DNA of 64,000 nucleotides from Massalongia carnosa (Eukaryota): assembly GCA_965645245.1 (NCBI GenBank), contig OZ287084.1, forward strand, positions 558,001 to 622,000. Direction: 5' to 3'. Shown here piece by piece: positions 38,533-51,714 of the stretch. A program made the translations under genes and the position numbers. Position 1 is the stretch's first letter. Every line of letters begins with the position of its first letter. Below the pieces are notes generated by a model, which saw only the letters and a program-made list of their open reading frames with translations, searched no databases and had not been told where the DNA came from.

Positions 38533-39436
38533 GCTACTTATTCCAGCCAGCAATATGAAGCGCCTTCATGGAATCGTCGCTTGATAGGAAATAACATTTG
38601 TACTTCCTAACTAGTTGATCTTACAGTCAATTGATTCGGCTGGCAACCTACTCGAATGATCCAAGTGCAACGTTGAGTCGCCAAAAGAAAAATACGAGAG
38701 GGCGATTATGGCAGTCGTAAGAACATTGATGTGCCGATAAGAAACTAAAGATTGCTTACCAATCTTCACTTTGAGCAGTACGAAAAGAGTCTTGATTACC
38801 TAGGTTGTTAACTTTACCTATTTGGAGACACTTCCGAAGGAGCATAAGAGCAATATGCTTACTCCCGGTCTTGAGCGAAACACTGGCGGGAGAGATCCAC
38901 TAATTGGGTCTTTGAAATGTCACCAAACTCAAAGAAAGGTATGTCACCAACTTCGGTCGTTCATAGCCGATGTAACTAAGCTAAAATGTGGAAGGTTATT
39001 CGAATCGAAGATGACGTGACCATGCAAGCTTCATGCAATTGGGGAATGCAGATTGTCTTGACCAAAGAGGCAGCTGCTTTTGCTCCTCAACTGGATGGAG
39101 GTGTAAGACGTATGAGTAGTTATGCTCCGCTGGAAAAGCATTTCTCAACTGAATAGCCAATCCTTAATTGGTTTCTTTGCTCCATCTATCGCACAACAGT
39201 TTGACGAATAACGCTAGAACCAGGCAGTCGAGGTGTGATAGAGAGGGCAAGGAAGGTAGGTACGGAGCAAAGCAGGGCTATGGAAAGATAATGAGCTAGA
39301 AGCTATGATGTTGTGAATGCCAGATCACTCTTTATATCGCTGCACCGATCCACCTGTTATCGCAAACCTTGCTACCCGGACAAATTCTCAACAGGTTGAG
39401 AATCTTCAGCCATTATTGTTATTGGTGCAAAACGTC

Positions 39437-41793
39437 ATGATGAACGACCGTGCAAGCTCGCTGGCAGAGTAAGATTTTGAAAACCTTGACGCACATTCCT
39501 GGCTGGGGAAGCTAATGTCTTCTAAGAGTTCATGCCACCCAGCTTCAGCCCCGAAAAGGAAGTACGCAGAACATGGCGAGAAACCCTATATCGAATAATT
39601 CCAACGCGGAACCGATTGACTTCTCAGACGAGAAGAAGGAGATCTTTTCACCCGCCAGTATCGCTTCTTTTGACAATGATGAGCCGACTGAGGAGGAAAG
39701 AGCTACTCTACGCTTAGTCGCTGACAAATTGCCATGGTCCACTTTTCTCGTAGCAATGATTGAACTATGCGAACGGTTTACCTACTATGGTCTTTCAGGA
39801 CCTTTTCAGAATTACATTCAGAATGAGTACAATGACCCTAAAGGTCTTCCAGGCGCAATTGGTTAGTTTTAGCCCTGTTGCATTTGCCGAATAGAAGAAA
39901 CTGAGAAATTCTAGGCCTTAAGCAGGTTGGTGCCACGGGGCTGACAGATTTCTTTCAATTCTGGTGCTATGTCACGCCAATATTTGGAGCCATCGTTTCA
40001 GATCAGTATCTTGGAAAGTATAACACAATTGTGTACTTTGCATTCATCTACCTTACTGGCGTCTTGATCCTCTTCCTTACCTCTTTGCCAGTGGCCATTG
40101 AGCATGGAGCTGCGCTAGGTGGCATTATTGTCGCTATGATAGTGATTGGCCTAGGCACAGGCGGCATTAAAAGCAACGTAGGGCCTCTGATCGCAGAGCA
40201 GTATGTTCATCGATGTCCCTTCTCCATTTTCTTGACCGCTCAACGCACTTTTAGGTATCAAAACACCAAGCAAAGGATTCGCGTGGAAAAAAACGGCGAA
40301 CGAGTCATCGTTGATCCCGCAACCACAATTCAGCGAATTTATATGGTAGACTTGTTCCAAAACTTCCTGACAACCGAGTCTAATATTGAAAATAGATATT
40401 CTATCTGTGCATTAATGTCGGTTCTCTCTCATCCATCGCAACCACCGAGATGGAGAAAAATACCGGCTTCTGGACGGCCTATCTACTCTGTCTGGCCATG
40501 TTTGTTGTAGGGATTATTGTATTGATTGCAGGAAAGAAGTTTTATGTTGTACGCCCCCCAAAGGGTTCGATCATTATCAATGCTTTCCGAGCTTTGTGGG
40601 TTGGCCTTGTCAACAGAGGAAATATGGGTGAGTTGGAAGATTTTAAGGTCCTGAGAGGGGGGGCTGTACTGATGAAACGAGCGCAGACGCTGCCAAACCC
40701 TCATACCAGGAGGAACATGGCCGGAAGCACAAGACACCCTGGAGCGACCTTTTTATCGAGGAGCTCAAACGTGGCCTCGTTGCGTGCAGAGTCTTCGTCT
40801 TTTACCCTATATACTGGGTAGTTTATAGTCAGATGCTGAATAACTTTGTATCTCAAGGTATATACAAGTCTTCCCGGTCTCTTCCAATTGTAACTTCTAC
40901 TAAACTCTATAAGCTGGCAATATGCAGCTTCATGGCATTCCTAACGATATCATGCAAAATATCGATTCCATCACTATCATCATCTTCATACCCATAGTGG
41001 ATCGTCTTGTGTACCCAGCCCTCCGCAAAATGGGTATCCCATTCCGCCCCATTACCCGTATTACCATGGGCTTTATCTTCGCCGCCTTAGCCATGGCGTA
41101 TGCGGCCATCGTGCAGCACCTAATTTACGCTGCCGGACCTTGCTACAAAGCCCCACTTGCCTGCCCGGCTGCTCACGACACGGAGCCGAATCACGTCCAT
41201 GTGGCTGTTCAGACCCCAGCATACTTCCTCATCGCGCTGTCCGAGATCTTCGCCAGCATCACCGGACTGGAATATGCCTTCACCAAAGCCCCGCCAAGCA
41301 TGAAGGCGTTCGTCATGTCCATTTTTCTTCTCCAAACCGCCTTTGGCTCCGCGTTCGGCATCGCCCTGGCGCCTACAGCCAAAGATCCAAAGCTTGTCTG
41401 GATGTATAGTGCGTTCTTCATTTGAAACGCAATACCCACCCCTTCCCCTTCACCTTCCCGCCCTTGCCCCCACCTCATTACTCTCGTCCGTCGTCCTTTT
41501 TATTTATTCCTTTCTATCAACACAAGGGACGCTAATTCCCTCCTAAAACAGCGGGAATCTGCATTGCTGCTACCATTACGGCCGCGCTCTTCTGGCTCAT
41601 CTTTCGCAAGTATAACGCAACCGAAGAGTCGATGAACAAGCTCGAAGATAGCGGTGACGTGGCCGTCCGGGCCACGGAGATTAACGCCCGCGGCGAGGTC
41701 AAGGATGGCGTTACACCTGTTCCAATCTCGAGGTTTACGGATGTTCATCACGGCGGGGAGGGCGGGAAGGGGACGGGCGCGGATTTGGTTTGA
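39437..41793 (+). CDS. PTR2: Proton-dependent oligopeptide transporter (POT/PTR family, Ptr2-like)
   Basis: Exons 39437-39468, 39527-39861, 39915-40200, 40255-40345, 40396-40627, 40687-40857, 40914-41408 and 41552-41793. Motifs: ELCERFTYYG (ExxER), GTGGIKSNV, FYLCINVGS (PTR2 signature), IPNDIMQNID, SEIFASITGLEYAFTKAP. Confidence 0.95.
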
Positions 41794-44700
41794 AACTTGA
41801 ACGAGGGAGTGGGGGGGGAAGGAGTTTAAACCCCCTTTTTGAGTGGAGGGTAGGGTCTTTAGGGTATGGGTGGGAAAGAAGGAGCAAGGATCCAATACCT
41901 ACCTAATCAACCACCTAAGTCGTTTCGCATTGAGTATTGGGGGGGTTTTGTCACTCGCTCTTCAGTCCCGCTTGCAACGAAGAAACGCGTGATGAATACC
42001 TTTTAATGCTGCAAATACCTCCCTACTTATGTACCTCTTATATACATACTTTCGCTTTTAGTCAACCAAGCGCATCTTAGTGAAAGAAAGAGACAAGAAC
42101 GTGAACAATACAGACCCAGCTATCCGTCCAACAAATCCCAGCCGGTCCCAATCCAACCGGTTTTGGCCACTTTTCGCCCTAGTGTTCTTTTAGCTTTTCT
42201 TTTCTTCTTTTCTTCTTCTGTAAGTAGGTATCGTTGAAGACGGTGGGAAGGGAACAAGAAATAGGAGAATGAGGAGGAGGGGAATGGGGAGTAGACATTC
42301 TGGTTTCGGGAATTCATTCCCCCCCCCCTTCCCCCGTTTCATCCCTCTTCCATTTGTCTCTATCTATCAAGGAGATTCTAAATTCAGAGCAGTAGGTATG
42401 TAAATGCCGCTATTTAAGAGGGTGGGGAAGGGGGGGGAGTCAACATTTTATGCTGGACTTGGGTGCTTCCAAGAGGCGGCGGGTCTGGGGGTTTTGGGTA
42501 TTACTGTTAGGGAGGGAGGAATGGAGGGGTGTGAAGTGGGAGTAGGAAGTTTGGGGATGGGGAGGATATAGTGGGTGGGGTTGGAGAGGAGATGTAAGGA
42601 GGTAGGATAAAGTGGCTAGGTAGATTGCAATTTGATTTATCTATGCAAGGTAACTAATCTATCGTGACCAGTGCACTGTTTATTGTTTCCGGTGTTTGTA
42701 GATTCCAGATTCCGTGTATGCTCCGATATTGCCCTTTTTTCTAGACCCAGTATTTGGCGAGAAGCTGGAAAAGCATCGGGTTTTGGCGACGGTTCGGAGT
42801 GATGATGCGTTGGGGTAACGAAGATAGATGAAGCTGAATGGGCGGGTTGGAAGTGAAGGGAGACGAGAAGAGAAGGAAAGAAAAGATTTGTTTGGGTTGC
42901 AGGAAACGGGAAGGATTGGTGGCCTGTTTGAGAGGTGACAAGTCCGCGCCGCTAGACCATCATATCATGCCCGTTGCGAGTGATTTCTCATTGCCTGTTA
43001 AAATAGGCCCTGTTAAAATAGGCCCTGTTTTTCTCGCTGATATTTCCCAAGCTATGGCAGGTTAAGGAGGATGTTACGAGTGTTAAGCTATTGGTCAAAT
43101 TTGTGGGTAAAATTTGGAGTCTTGGTTCGGTTCGAAGAGAAAATTTATGAGGTAGCAAGTTTTGGGTATGTTAGGACGTTGTGGCTGGAGGACTGATACC
43201 AGTCAAGTTAACGTCTTTGGCGATAGGTGCAAGAACCAACAGCGATGTCTCGGTTGCAGAGCACGCTTAGAATTGAAGATTTGATTTGCGTTTCCAAGCT
43301 TCAAGAGCCTGGGCTGCAAGGTTGACCCAAAGGGGATCACTTGCGCCCAAGCTTGGAGACAGGGCACCTATGGTTTAGTGGTAGGAAAAATGGGATTGAA
43401 ATAGTTGGGAATAATAACGAAATTGTAGGGGAGATGTGTTTGGAGAAGAAGCTGGTTCCTTTGGAGGAAGGATGGTACTGAACCCAAAGGAGGGTTTGAT
43501 CAACCCTGCGAATGGACTTAGCATAGGCTAGGTGGAGTGGAAACAACGAGGCAGTGTGAGCATGTGCTCGGGGTGCAAAGTATGGCAATGAGATTGCGTT
43601 TATTCTCCGGTTGCAACACGATTGCAATTCGTGATGGTGTGGTGGGATTAGACGTTTACGTTTGGCGGTTTGTGGTGAGCTCATGACCAGCTGAAACACT
43701 TCTTGTTTTCGCCATACTCAGTCGCCGAACTCATAATGATGGTGATACATAGAGGCCAGACGGTCCGCTTTTCTCGCTGATGTGGAACATCCTTGCGCCA
43801 AAATCCAATCAGTCAAAGATTTTTGCTGTTGGGATGAAGGGGGGCAGCTCAACAGTACTCATTATGTGGTCATCCTGCTTTGTATGTAACTCATTGAGTC
43901 ATGGATGAGGTCGAGAGAATGCTCTTGATTCTCGATTATTGGACTTAATTGATATTTTCCTTTAGGGAAAACATCTTGGTGCAGTAATTAGGATGCTTCA
44001 TTGGGAGTAAATCTTCCCGTCAAGACCCTTCGAGGGACAAGCGAACAAAAGAATGTGCCTTCATAAGTGCCATCATAAGTGCCATCTACCATAGCTTTAC
44101 TCGAACACGACTTTTGGCATCCCTATTCCGGACAGAATACTTCTGTCGCACTCTGTACTCTAGACGATATGCGTGGGCATCGGAAAGGAACTGCACGACT
44201 TCACGTATTTCTTCTCCCTAGCCTACACGTTTCAAACGTAGCCAAGAACTGGCATATCAAAAGTCCTGTGTTGCATCAATGTCATTACGCAAATCCTGCC
44301 ATCCTTCCCTAGTCATATCTTCCGCGTACAAGTAGTCTTCGTGCTGGCTGAAGACGACGCAAGTAGTAAGGGATGCACAATTGGGCAAGGAGTGGCTGCA
44401 GATGCAGGTACCTACTCGTACTCCACCTATAGAGTATTCCTGCAGGCCCCTGGCATGAGTAGGTAGATCAGGCAGATCATTGTTACATCCAACTCACCTT
44501 CGTTTCTCGGCCTCACTGTCGTGTTTTCATCTTTCTGAATACAACAAACGCCATTGGTTTCGTCCCAATCGGATTCTCGCCGTGCGACACCTACAACAAC
44601 GGTTGTGCCAGCTTTCTGGTTGCAATGGCTTGAGATTTCAATTACTCTCATCTGGTGGCACTTGTCAAATGAAGCTTTTGACTCTTGGGTTTCTCCTTGC

Positions 44701-45415
44701 GAAACTCTGCATAGCACGTCTGGTAGCTGTCATTTCTGCAATCTTCCTACCCGTGCATAACAAACCTGTTTTCTTTTTACCATTTCAATCTAACTGGCAA
44801 CGGCTCGCTGCCTGGGGAAACCGGCCCTCATATCTGGATGCTCTGCAAGGACGCATGTCCGAAGAGGCTGTCGACAGTACAGCATCGACATACATGGCCC
44901 TCACTGTGTTACCACTTCTCGTGATACGTCAAAGTCTTTTGGTGACTTGTCAAGGGATTTGGGTTATATGTTTCGACTCATTCGATCGACCTACATCGGC
45001 CTGTGACGCACAACAAACAGTGCTTTGGGCCACTGCAGCTTTCCAATTTCACCGCCGCTCTCCTGTTGGCTGGAAGTTTCCCTCCTATACACCAAATTCT
45101 CCTCTACTCGTTCAGACCGGCGAGCCGTGCATGTCAGACCGCCGAAAAATTCCATTGTCATGGGGAGTACCTTGCTTTCTGAAGATGCTAGGCGTGTCCA
45201 ATCTTTCTGAAAGCGGAACGCAACATCCGGTGGGTTTCAGATGACTGCTTCAAGTGGTTGACTTGATAGAGCGGGTTCTGGCCCTTGGGCTAGAAGATAT
45301 AAAGAAGCTTCAAGCAGCTCCAATATTGCATCTATCGTCGCGCTCGTCTACTTTCGTTCCTTGTCCCGAGCATATTTGACTTTAATACTAACCAAAAAAA
45401 AGGTTTGTGATTAAA

Positions 45416-47419
45416 ATGCGTTCGGCAAGGATCATTCTCTTTGGGGGGCTTTTCGCTCTCTCCACCGGAGAGCCCATACCGGGTAGGAGATTTCTTTTCT
45501 TTGCAGAAACTCCCCTTTTCCATTCATCCTTTACAGCTACATATCGGTGGCATCACGAAGTAAACATGACAGTCAATTCTTCTTAACCGCATTTTCTTAC
45601 CTCAATTGCATATCTGCTAAATCTCTGGCATAAGAAGAAACCATGGGATTCTTAAGTATTTTGGGTCCAACAAACTAACAGTGATAAAGTTGCCTTGCCA
45701 GCTTTGATTGGCCCTCGATGCGCCAACCACACTGATCCTCCTTATCCTTATTCTTTAGGCGATTTAAGTGATGGATCGACCGTTACCCCAACAGGAGGCA
45801 TAGCATCCCCTACAGGTCCTTTAGGTACAGGGAGACCTATTCAGGGCTCAAACAATACTGCAGGGCCCTCAGGATTCTCGGTTTCACCTACTATTCCATC
45901 TGTTTCTTATCCGTACAGCAATTCAAGTATAATCACTACGGCAGGCCCATTCGCAACGGGAGGTACCACCTTGAAGGACAGTCGCTCGAGAATCTCTCCA
46001 TTCCCTACCTCTAACTCTAGCGCACAAGGGACTGGCGCAGTAAGCGGCACTGGCCTGTCGAAACCATACCCCTATGTGCTCAACCACGCCTCATCGGGTG
46101 TCACAGCTAATGGCGTAGGTTCTATTCCAACCGGCGCCATTTTTGTTGCTTCTGGAAGTGTCATATACCCCATCCCCACTGCCAGCCTAAGTGGAAGCGG
46201 GATTGGTCCGCTCAGTACCGGCGGAAGCGCTTCGTCTGTTATTCAAGCTCCCTTTGGCAACTCATCGTCAACAGGACCAATTGGTACAGGGAACGTGATC
46301 GCACCCGCTAGTTCAGCTTATTACATTTACCATTACGACTCGGCAACTTTAACCAGCGGAATTGACGTAGTCAGCGCTACGTCTTTCACTCCTTCCTCTA
46401 ATACATCTGTCGTTCACTTAACCGAAACCATTAGCGGCACCATTAGCGGCACCTTCACCTTGACAACCTTTACCGATACCTCGATGCCGAGAATCGAAAG
46501 CACCTCTGGGCCTAGTGGTTCAAATGCCACAAGTCCCACTAACATCGGCAGTTCCATTACAAATGGCGTTTCCCCTTCCGATGTAGCCTCTGCATCGCCC
46601 ACTCCCCTTATTTCATATCATACTTATGACCCTTCGTCTTCAGGGGCAGAGCAACCTAGCAGCAGCGGGAATAGCCTCCCAAACGCGACCTCCACTGGTA
46701 CGGGGAGTCCAGATAAGACGGGTTCCGTGAGCCTCACCACGGAGCTTCTTCCCTCTGCCACTGGTACAGTGACGGTTATCTCGGGATCTGGTAGTACGAC
46801 TTACACCCCTGCTGTAATCAAAACAGAACCTGCCCCTTTCACAACAGAAACCATTCCAGCTTTTATTGGTACTGGAACTAGCCTCTTAGAATCTGGCGGT
46901 GGGACTCTCACTCCGGTTCAATTCAAAACAGAACCTGCGATTGAAACTGCTCCAGCCGCTACTGGTACTTGGACTGCGATTCCCGAATCCGATAGTAGGG
47001 GAGGCACTCCGGCAACTTCAACCATTAGTCCCAGCGGGACCTCTTACTCTCCCGTGTCAACTAACTCTACTTCTAGCGCACTCAGTCCAGTAGGGACAAC
47101 GAGCGCTTCCCTCAGCAGCATTGGAAGCGTTTCTATACCCTCCGTTGCACTCATGCCTAGTACGTTTGACACCAGCCTCAAGGGTGGCAGAACCACCAGC
47201 CTGAGCAGCGTAACCTCCAGCCTGAGCAGCGTGCCGACCGAATACTACTATCATCACCGCAGGCCACAGAAGAACCAAAATAGCTACAGTAGTGTAAGTA
47301 ACCTTTCAAACATCCACACCAGGTCAACCAAGCTAATTGTACATCCTAAGGCTGGCTCCTATGGCTCTTCCGAATTTGATTTCGACTTTGAGAATGAAGA
47401 CGACAATACATACGGGTGA
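45416..47419 (+). CDS. Secreted Ser/Thr/Gly/Pro-rich (mucin-like, probably cell-wall) protein
   Basis: A signal-peptide-like exon 45416-45482 (MRSARIILFGGLFALSTGEPIP) is followed by GTAGGA. The long S/T-rich frame runs 45690-47419 and has many N-x-S/T sites. There is a probable in-frame intron at 47294-47350. The exon structure between 45483 and 45689 is unresolved. Confidence 0.78.
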
Positions 47420-48045
47420 ATGATATGGTAGGTTGAGGAAAGAGCCTGAAAGTATTCGGGGGGGTTGAGTAGAAGTATTTTGGTGAACCGCTGACGGTTG
47501 GCTACGGTTTTTTTTCTCTTTCGTTTCTCGAGCTAAAGGCTATTTGTTTCCTCGTGCGTAACGAGCCCACTCTTTGCCCCCGCTGCTTGTGTGTTGGCTG
47601 ATTGTTGACGGAGAGAAGCTTCGTCGGTTATTTGTTCTGTTCTAGGCTGGCCGTAAGTGCAGCAATAATACAAATTCCAATGATAGACCCGTTATTTGTT
47701 TGCTTGCTTGCCCGCATTGATTTGGAATCCGTGGGATGAAGTGGGTAGGTGCTGGCGACAATTTCGAATTGCATGCGCGGTGTAGCCTTCGAACATACGA
47801 TACCCTAGAGGAGAAAACGACGCAAAAGAGAAGAAAGAGGAAGAACAGGCAGGGCTCCGACTTTAGCTAGAGGCGGCTTACTACAGTGTTATCTAGACCT
47901 CTCTCATCCTCATTGCTTACCTGTGAGTTACCGTGATACGATCAATAAGTCCTGATCGTTGATTTCTCCTGTTCGCATTCAACGACAGATCCATGTAATG
48001 CCAATTCTTTGCTTTGAATGTTGTTACCACAGTTGATCTACACTT

Positions 48046-48078
48046 TGGCTGTGGCTGTGGCTGTGGCTGTGGCTGTGG
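48046..48078. repeat. Hexanucleotide microsatellite (TGGCTG) x5.5
   Basis: Read directly; lies upstream of the App1-like gene. Confidence 0.95.
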
Positions 48079-48438
48079 GTGGACCCTGCTCGTAACCACG
48101 GTGATCTGATTGGTTCCAGCTCTTTATGACACTGATTCCCGGTTTTCATGTCTCACTAACCATTTTTTGTCCGCGTTGGCTCATCCGTGTATTTTACGCA
48201 GCGTGAAGCCTACAGCAGGGAAGTGACATCCAACTGTGCAGCTGACTGCTATTTCCTTCTTCAAAATTCAAAAATATGTACATATCGCGCGTTCCAGCAG
48301 AAGACTCTTTTTGAGTCTCGAGTTCTTCTATCATTAACAAGCTCTTTTACAAGGCATCGCCATTCTTTCGACTGCACGCGTGGACACTAAAAACTGCATT
48401 GTTTACTCTGAAGCACCCTTGAGCTTTCCGGGATAATT

Positions 48439-50158
48439 ATGGGGTCGACCATTCATTATTCTGCAGTGCTCGCTCTCCTCGCTCTCTTTCCCTTCGCCGC
48501 AGCATCAGCGTTCCCTCAAGTCATTGCAATACCGGATGCAGTAGTACAAAAACAGCCCCTGATCACCCCTTCGCCCACTCTAGACGATCCGACCAAGACA
48601 TACAAATCACGGAGAGGACTTGTTAGCGATCTCACAGGAGATATCGGGAACATCCTCTCGGAGTTGGGCTCTAATATTCCTTCGTACGTGGCATCGGGAG
48701 TACCGAATTTCTTTCAAGGCTTTCCCAGTGGCGACAAGGTGCAGAGTAGCCTTGGACTCGATGATAATCAGGTCAAGTCTCTACCAACACAAGTGTTGAA
48801 TGTACCGTGAGTACCGGCTCTGATTTGACTACAGCATTACTGATATAACTCAGGGGCTATGCAAATTGGACCAACCAAGGCTGGAACTTGCGCTTCCATG
48901 GCAATGTCTACAAACAGCCAAACATTTCTCAATCGAAACTTGACGACCTTGCAAACGTCTTTCTGATCGATACCTCGACTGATAAGCTCCCTCCTGACCA
49001 GGCTGCTCAAGCTAGGAACCTTACTGCCTCCATATATGTGATCCAACAAGGCAACCAGAACGTAACATTCAACCTTGCCCCTGCGCCCTTGGCAGGAGCC
49101 TCGGGTGAGGCAGGAGGAGGAGGGGCTGTCACCCCTGCAGGCGGCAATCAACAAGTCAAACTTCCATATCCTACAACCGGCGAGGGGGATTTTGATAGTT
49201 TCGTCCAGATCAAAGATGCAGGACTAAAAGATGGGAACTCTACAAGCGATGTTCAACGATTGAACGTTTACACCGAGGGCACGGAGACAGGCAACGCAAC
49301 AGCCTACCTCGTGCCCACATCGGGTCTTACGGTGATCTCGGACATTGATGATATCCTCCGCATAACCAAGATATACCAGCCAAAAGAAGGACTCTTAAAC
49401 TCCTTTGCTCGGCCGTTTGTGCAATGGAAGGATATGCCAGACATCTACGCCAATTGGTCGCGCACCGTCCCAGGCATCCACTTTCATTACTTGACCACCA
49501 CCCCTGAACAAGTTACGCGAAATTACATGGACTTCATCTACAAAACCTATCCTGGCGGATCCTTTGACACACGGCCCCTGAACTTTAGTGACGTTGAGGC
49601 TACGCTAAGCATCCGAAAGTTTTTGCTGCAAAAAATATTCTTAACGTATCCTCAGCGAAAGTTTGTGCTTGTTGCGGACACGAGTAATAGTGACGTGATG
49701 AGAGATTATCCGCAGATGGCAACGGATTATCCTAATCAAGTCCAGTGCATCTTTCTCAGAAATACATCTTCCACGGACGAGGGTGACAAGTTTCCCTACG
49801 ATACGAGTGGGTTCAAAAACTTGAATCAGCAACTGTACATGTTCTTCAAAGTTCCTGTAAGTTTAAAACTGTTCTTTTATTAAATCCCTTCTTCAAAACT
49901 CGTCTTAAATTTTCCACTAAACTCGGCTAACTGCATTTTCAGGACGATCTTACCAACCTCAACATTGCCGCTGGTCAATGCGTCAACACGACCGTGCGGC
50001 AAAACTTGACGTTCGGTCTTCAGGGCCTTCCATTCGGCATCAACCTTGGTAAAGGCAAGAAATCGGCGGCGGGGCAATTGCCGACGGCGCTGACGACGTC
50101 GGCACTGGTTCTGGTGGCTATGGGCGTTATGATATTTGGAGGTGGATTGGCATTGTAG
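48439..50158 (+). CDS. App1-like HAD-fold phosphatase (DUF2183 / phosphatidate phosphatase family) with signal peptide and hydrophobic C-terminus
   Basis: Exons 48439-48806, 48854-49856 and 49943-50158. Catalytic-region motifs: GLTVISDIDDILRIT, HFHYLTTTP, YPQRKFVLVADTSNSD, VQCIFLRN. N-terminal hydrophobic signal (AVLALLALFPFAAA); C-terminal SAAG..ALVLVAMGVMIFGGGLAL*. Confidence 0.85.
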
Positions 50159-51694
50159 AGAAGTAAAGGTTTGTGCTGGGACGGATGAGTATGAGGATTG
50201 TTTGTCAATCAACCTGTAGGTCACGGGGAAGATGGTTGTAAGCTTGTACTTGTTATTCTTGCATGTCTATAACTTCCAAAACCCAGCCAATGGGATAGTT
50301 TTACTCCGTACACCATGAAATGTTGGTCTTATGCTATCTTTTCTCCAGGCTCTCTCTCTTTGCTTTTTCGTCGGTGAAGAAGTCCTTGCGAAAGCAAAGG
50401 ATGCAGTGAACTGAAATTAAAATAAAATTTATGGATTGCGAGAAGAATCCGCCAAGGAAAAAAGAATCGAAAGAGCCCGGTATTTCATTGATTCCTTTTC
50501 TCTTCGGCTGGTTATTTGCGCAGGGCAGGGTACGGCACGGCGTATTATATACTCTTTCTTCTCACTCATCGATCGAGTGGTCGAGTCAAATCCCTCCCTT
50601 CCTTTCACGCTAAAATCTCCCTATAACTTCTACGCGCGCGCGCGCGAGAGAATTACTCGAGCAAACGAGAACCGAGAGTTTAAAAATTAACAAAAAAGGT
50701 CCAGGTCGGTCTATCTGGGCTTTGAGTGTGAGTCTGGACTCTGACGGGTTGGATTTTGGTGCCTTTATGGGGGGTGGGGGAGATTTTGAGAAAGATGAGG
50801 GGGATTTGGGGGAGATGGTTTGAGGAGAAGGTAATGTTGATTTGTTGGTTGATTGATTAGGTGGGGAGGGGTTGGAGAGGAGTTAGACGAAAAGAAGTTG
50901 AGAAGGAGTTGGGGGGGAAAAAGAGATAGGAAGACAAGCCATGGGGTTTAGGGAGATCACTGAAGGTGTGTGGGTGTGGGCTGGACTGTGTTTAGATCAT
51001 ACAAGTCGGACTGAGTCGGACTAGGTACCTGGATCTGGAAATCGGGGATATATCAGAGAGAGAGGAGACGTGTAAGTATGTATTTATTATGTATAGCATA
51101 TAACATACAACGCGGACGGATTGGTTTTGGACTTCGTTCAATCGTTGCTCGCTGCAACTACTGCTGCTGATACATATTGTTCTTGTTCTTGTTATTGTTG
51201 TTGTTATAATTTCTGACAGTTCCGAAACGAGAAAACGAACGAACGAACGAAAGAACGAGCAACGGAAAAGGAGAAGATAATAGTGAAAAACAAAGAGAAA
51301 GGCCGAAACTGAGATTCAGATTTGCTGTACAATTCTCGCCCCGCTCCAATCTCCCTCCCACCTAGTTGTTGAGCTGGATATATGATAAACAATGAGCTTT
51401 ATGATGAATTTATATTTACGTCAGAAGAATATCTCTTGATAGTGAAATAGATGATGGATTTATGATGAATCCTCTAAGCCTAAATTTACAAGAAGAGAAT
51501 TTTGTACGAGCTTGTCTCGCTTGTTACATAACTAATCTCTGCCGTTAGTCCGACACGAGTTAGTTCTCAAAGTGTCCGTGATGCGATGAAGGGAAATTAA
51601 TCCCCCTTTTCCTGGAAACAGGTGAGTTTGGGGTGAGGTTGAGGTTGAGGGGGGTTGGTAGGAATATTAGCATGTAGGAGGGAGTGGGGAAAGG

Positions 51695-51714
51695 GAGAGA
51701 GAGAGAGAGAGAGA
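51695..51714. repeat. (GA)10 microsatellite inside a low-complexity intergenic region
   Basis: Read directly. Neighbouring simple repeats are (CG)n at ~50633-50646, (TTG)n at ~51180-51205 and (CGAA)n at ~51236-51251. Confidence 0.9.

Noticed and set aside
42660..43700. Minus-strand fragments (e.g. GASDPLWVNLAAQALEAWKRK) faintly like an FAD-dependent amine oxidase
   Set aside because: There is no GxGxxG motif, there are multiple stops and the match is too short. BLASTX would be needed.
44480..45244. 254-aa plus-strand ORF
   Set aside because: It starts at TTG, has random-looking composition and no motif, and lies in the likely promoter region of the mucin-like gene.
51395..51600. Several RTGATGA (C-box-like) words suggesting C/D snoRNAs; similar words at 11807 and 30522
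   Set aside because: No D box (CTGA) at a suitable distance, no terminal stem and no recognisable rRNA guide.
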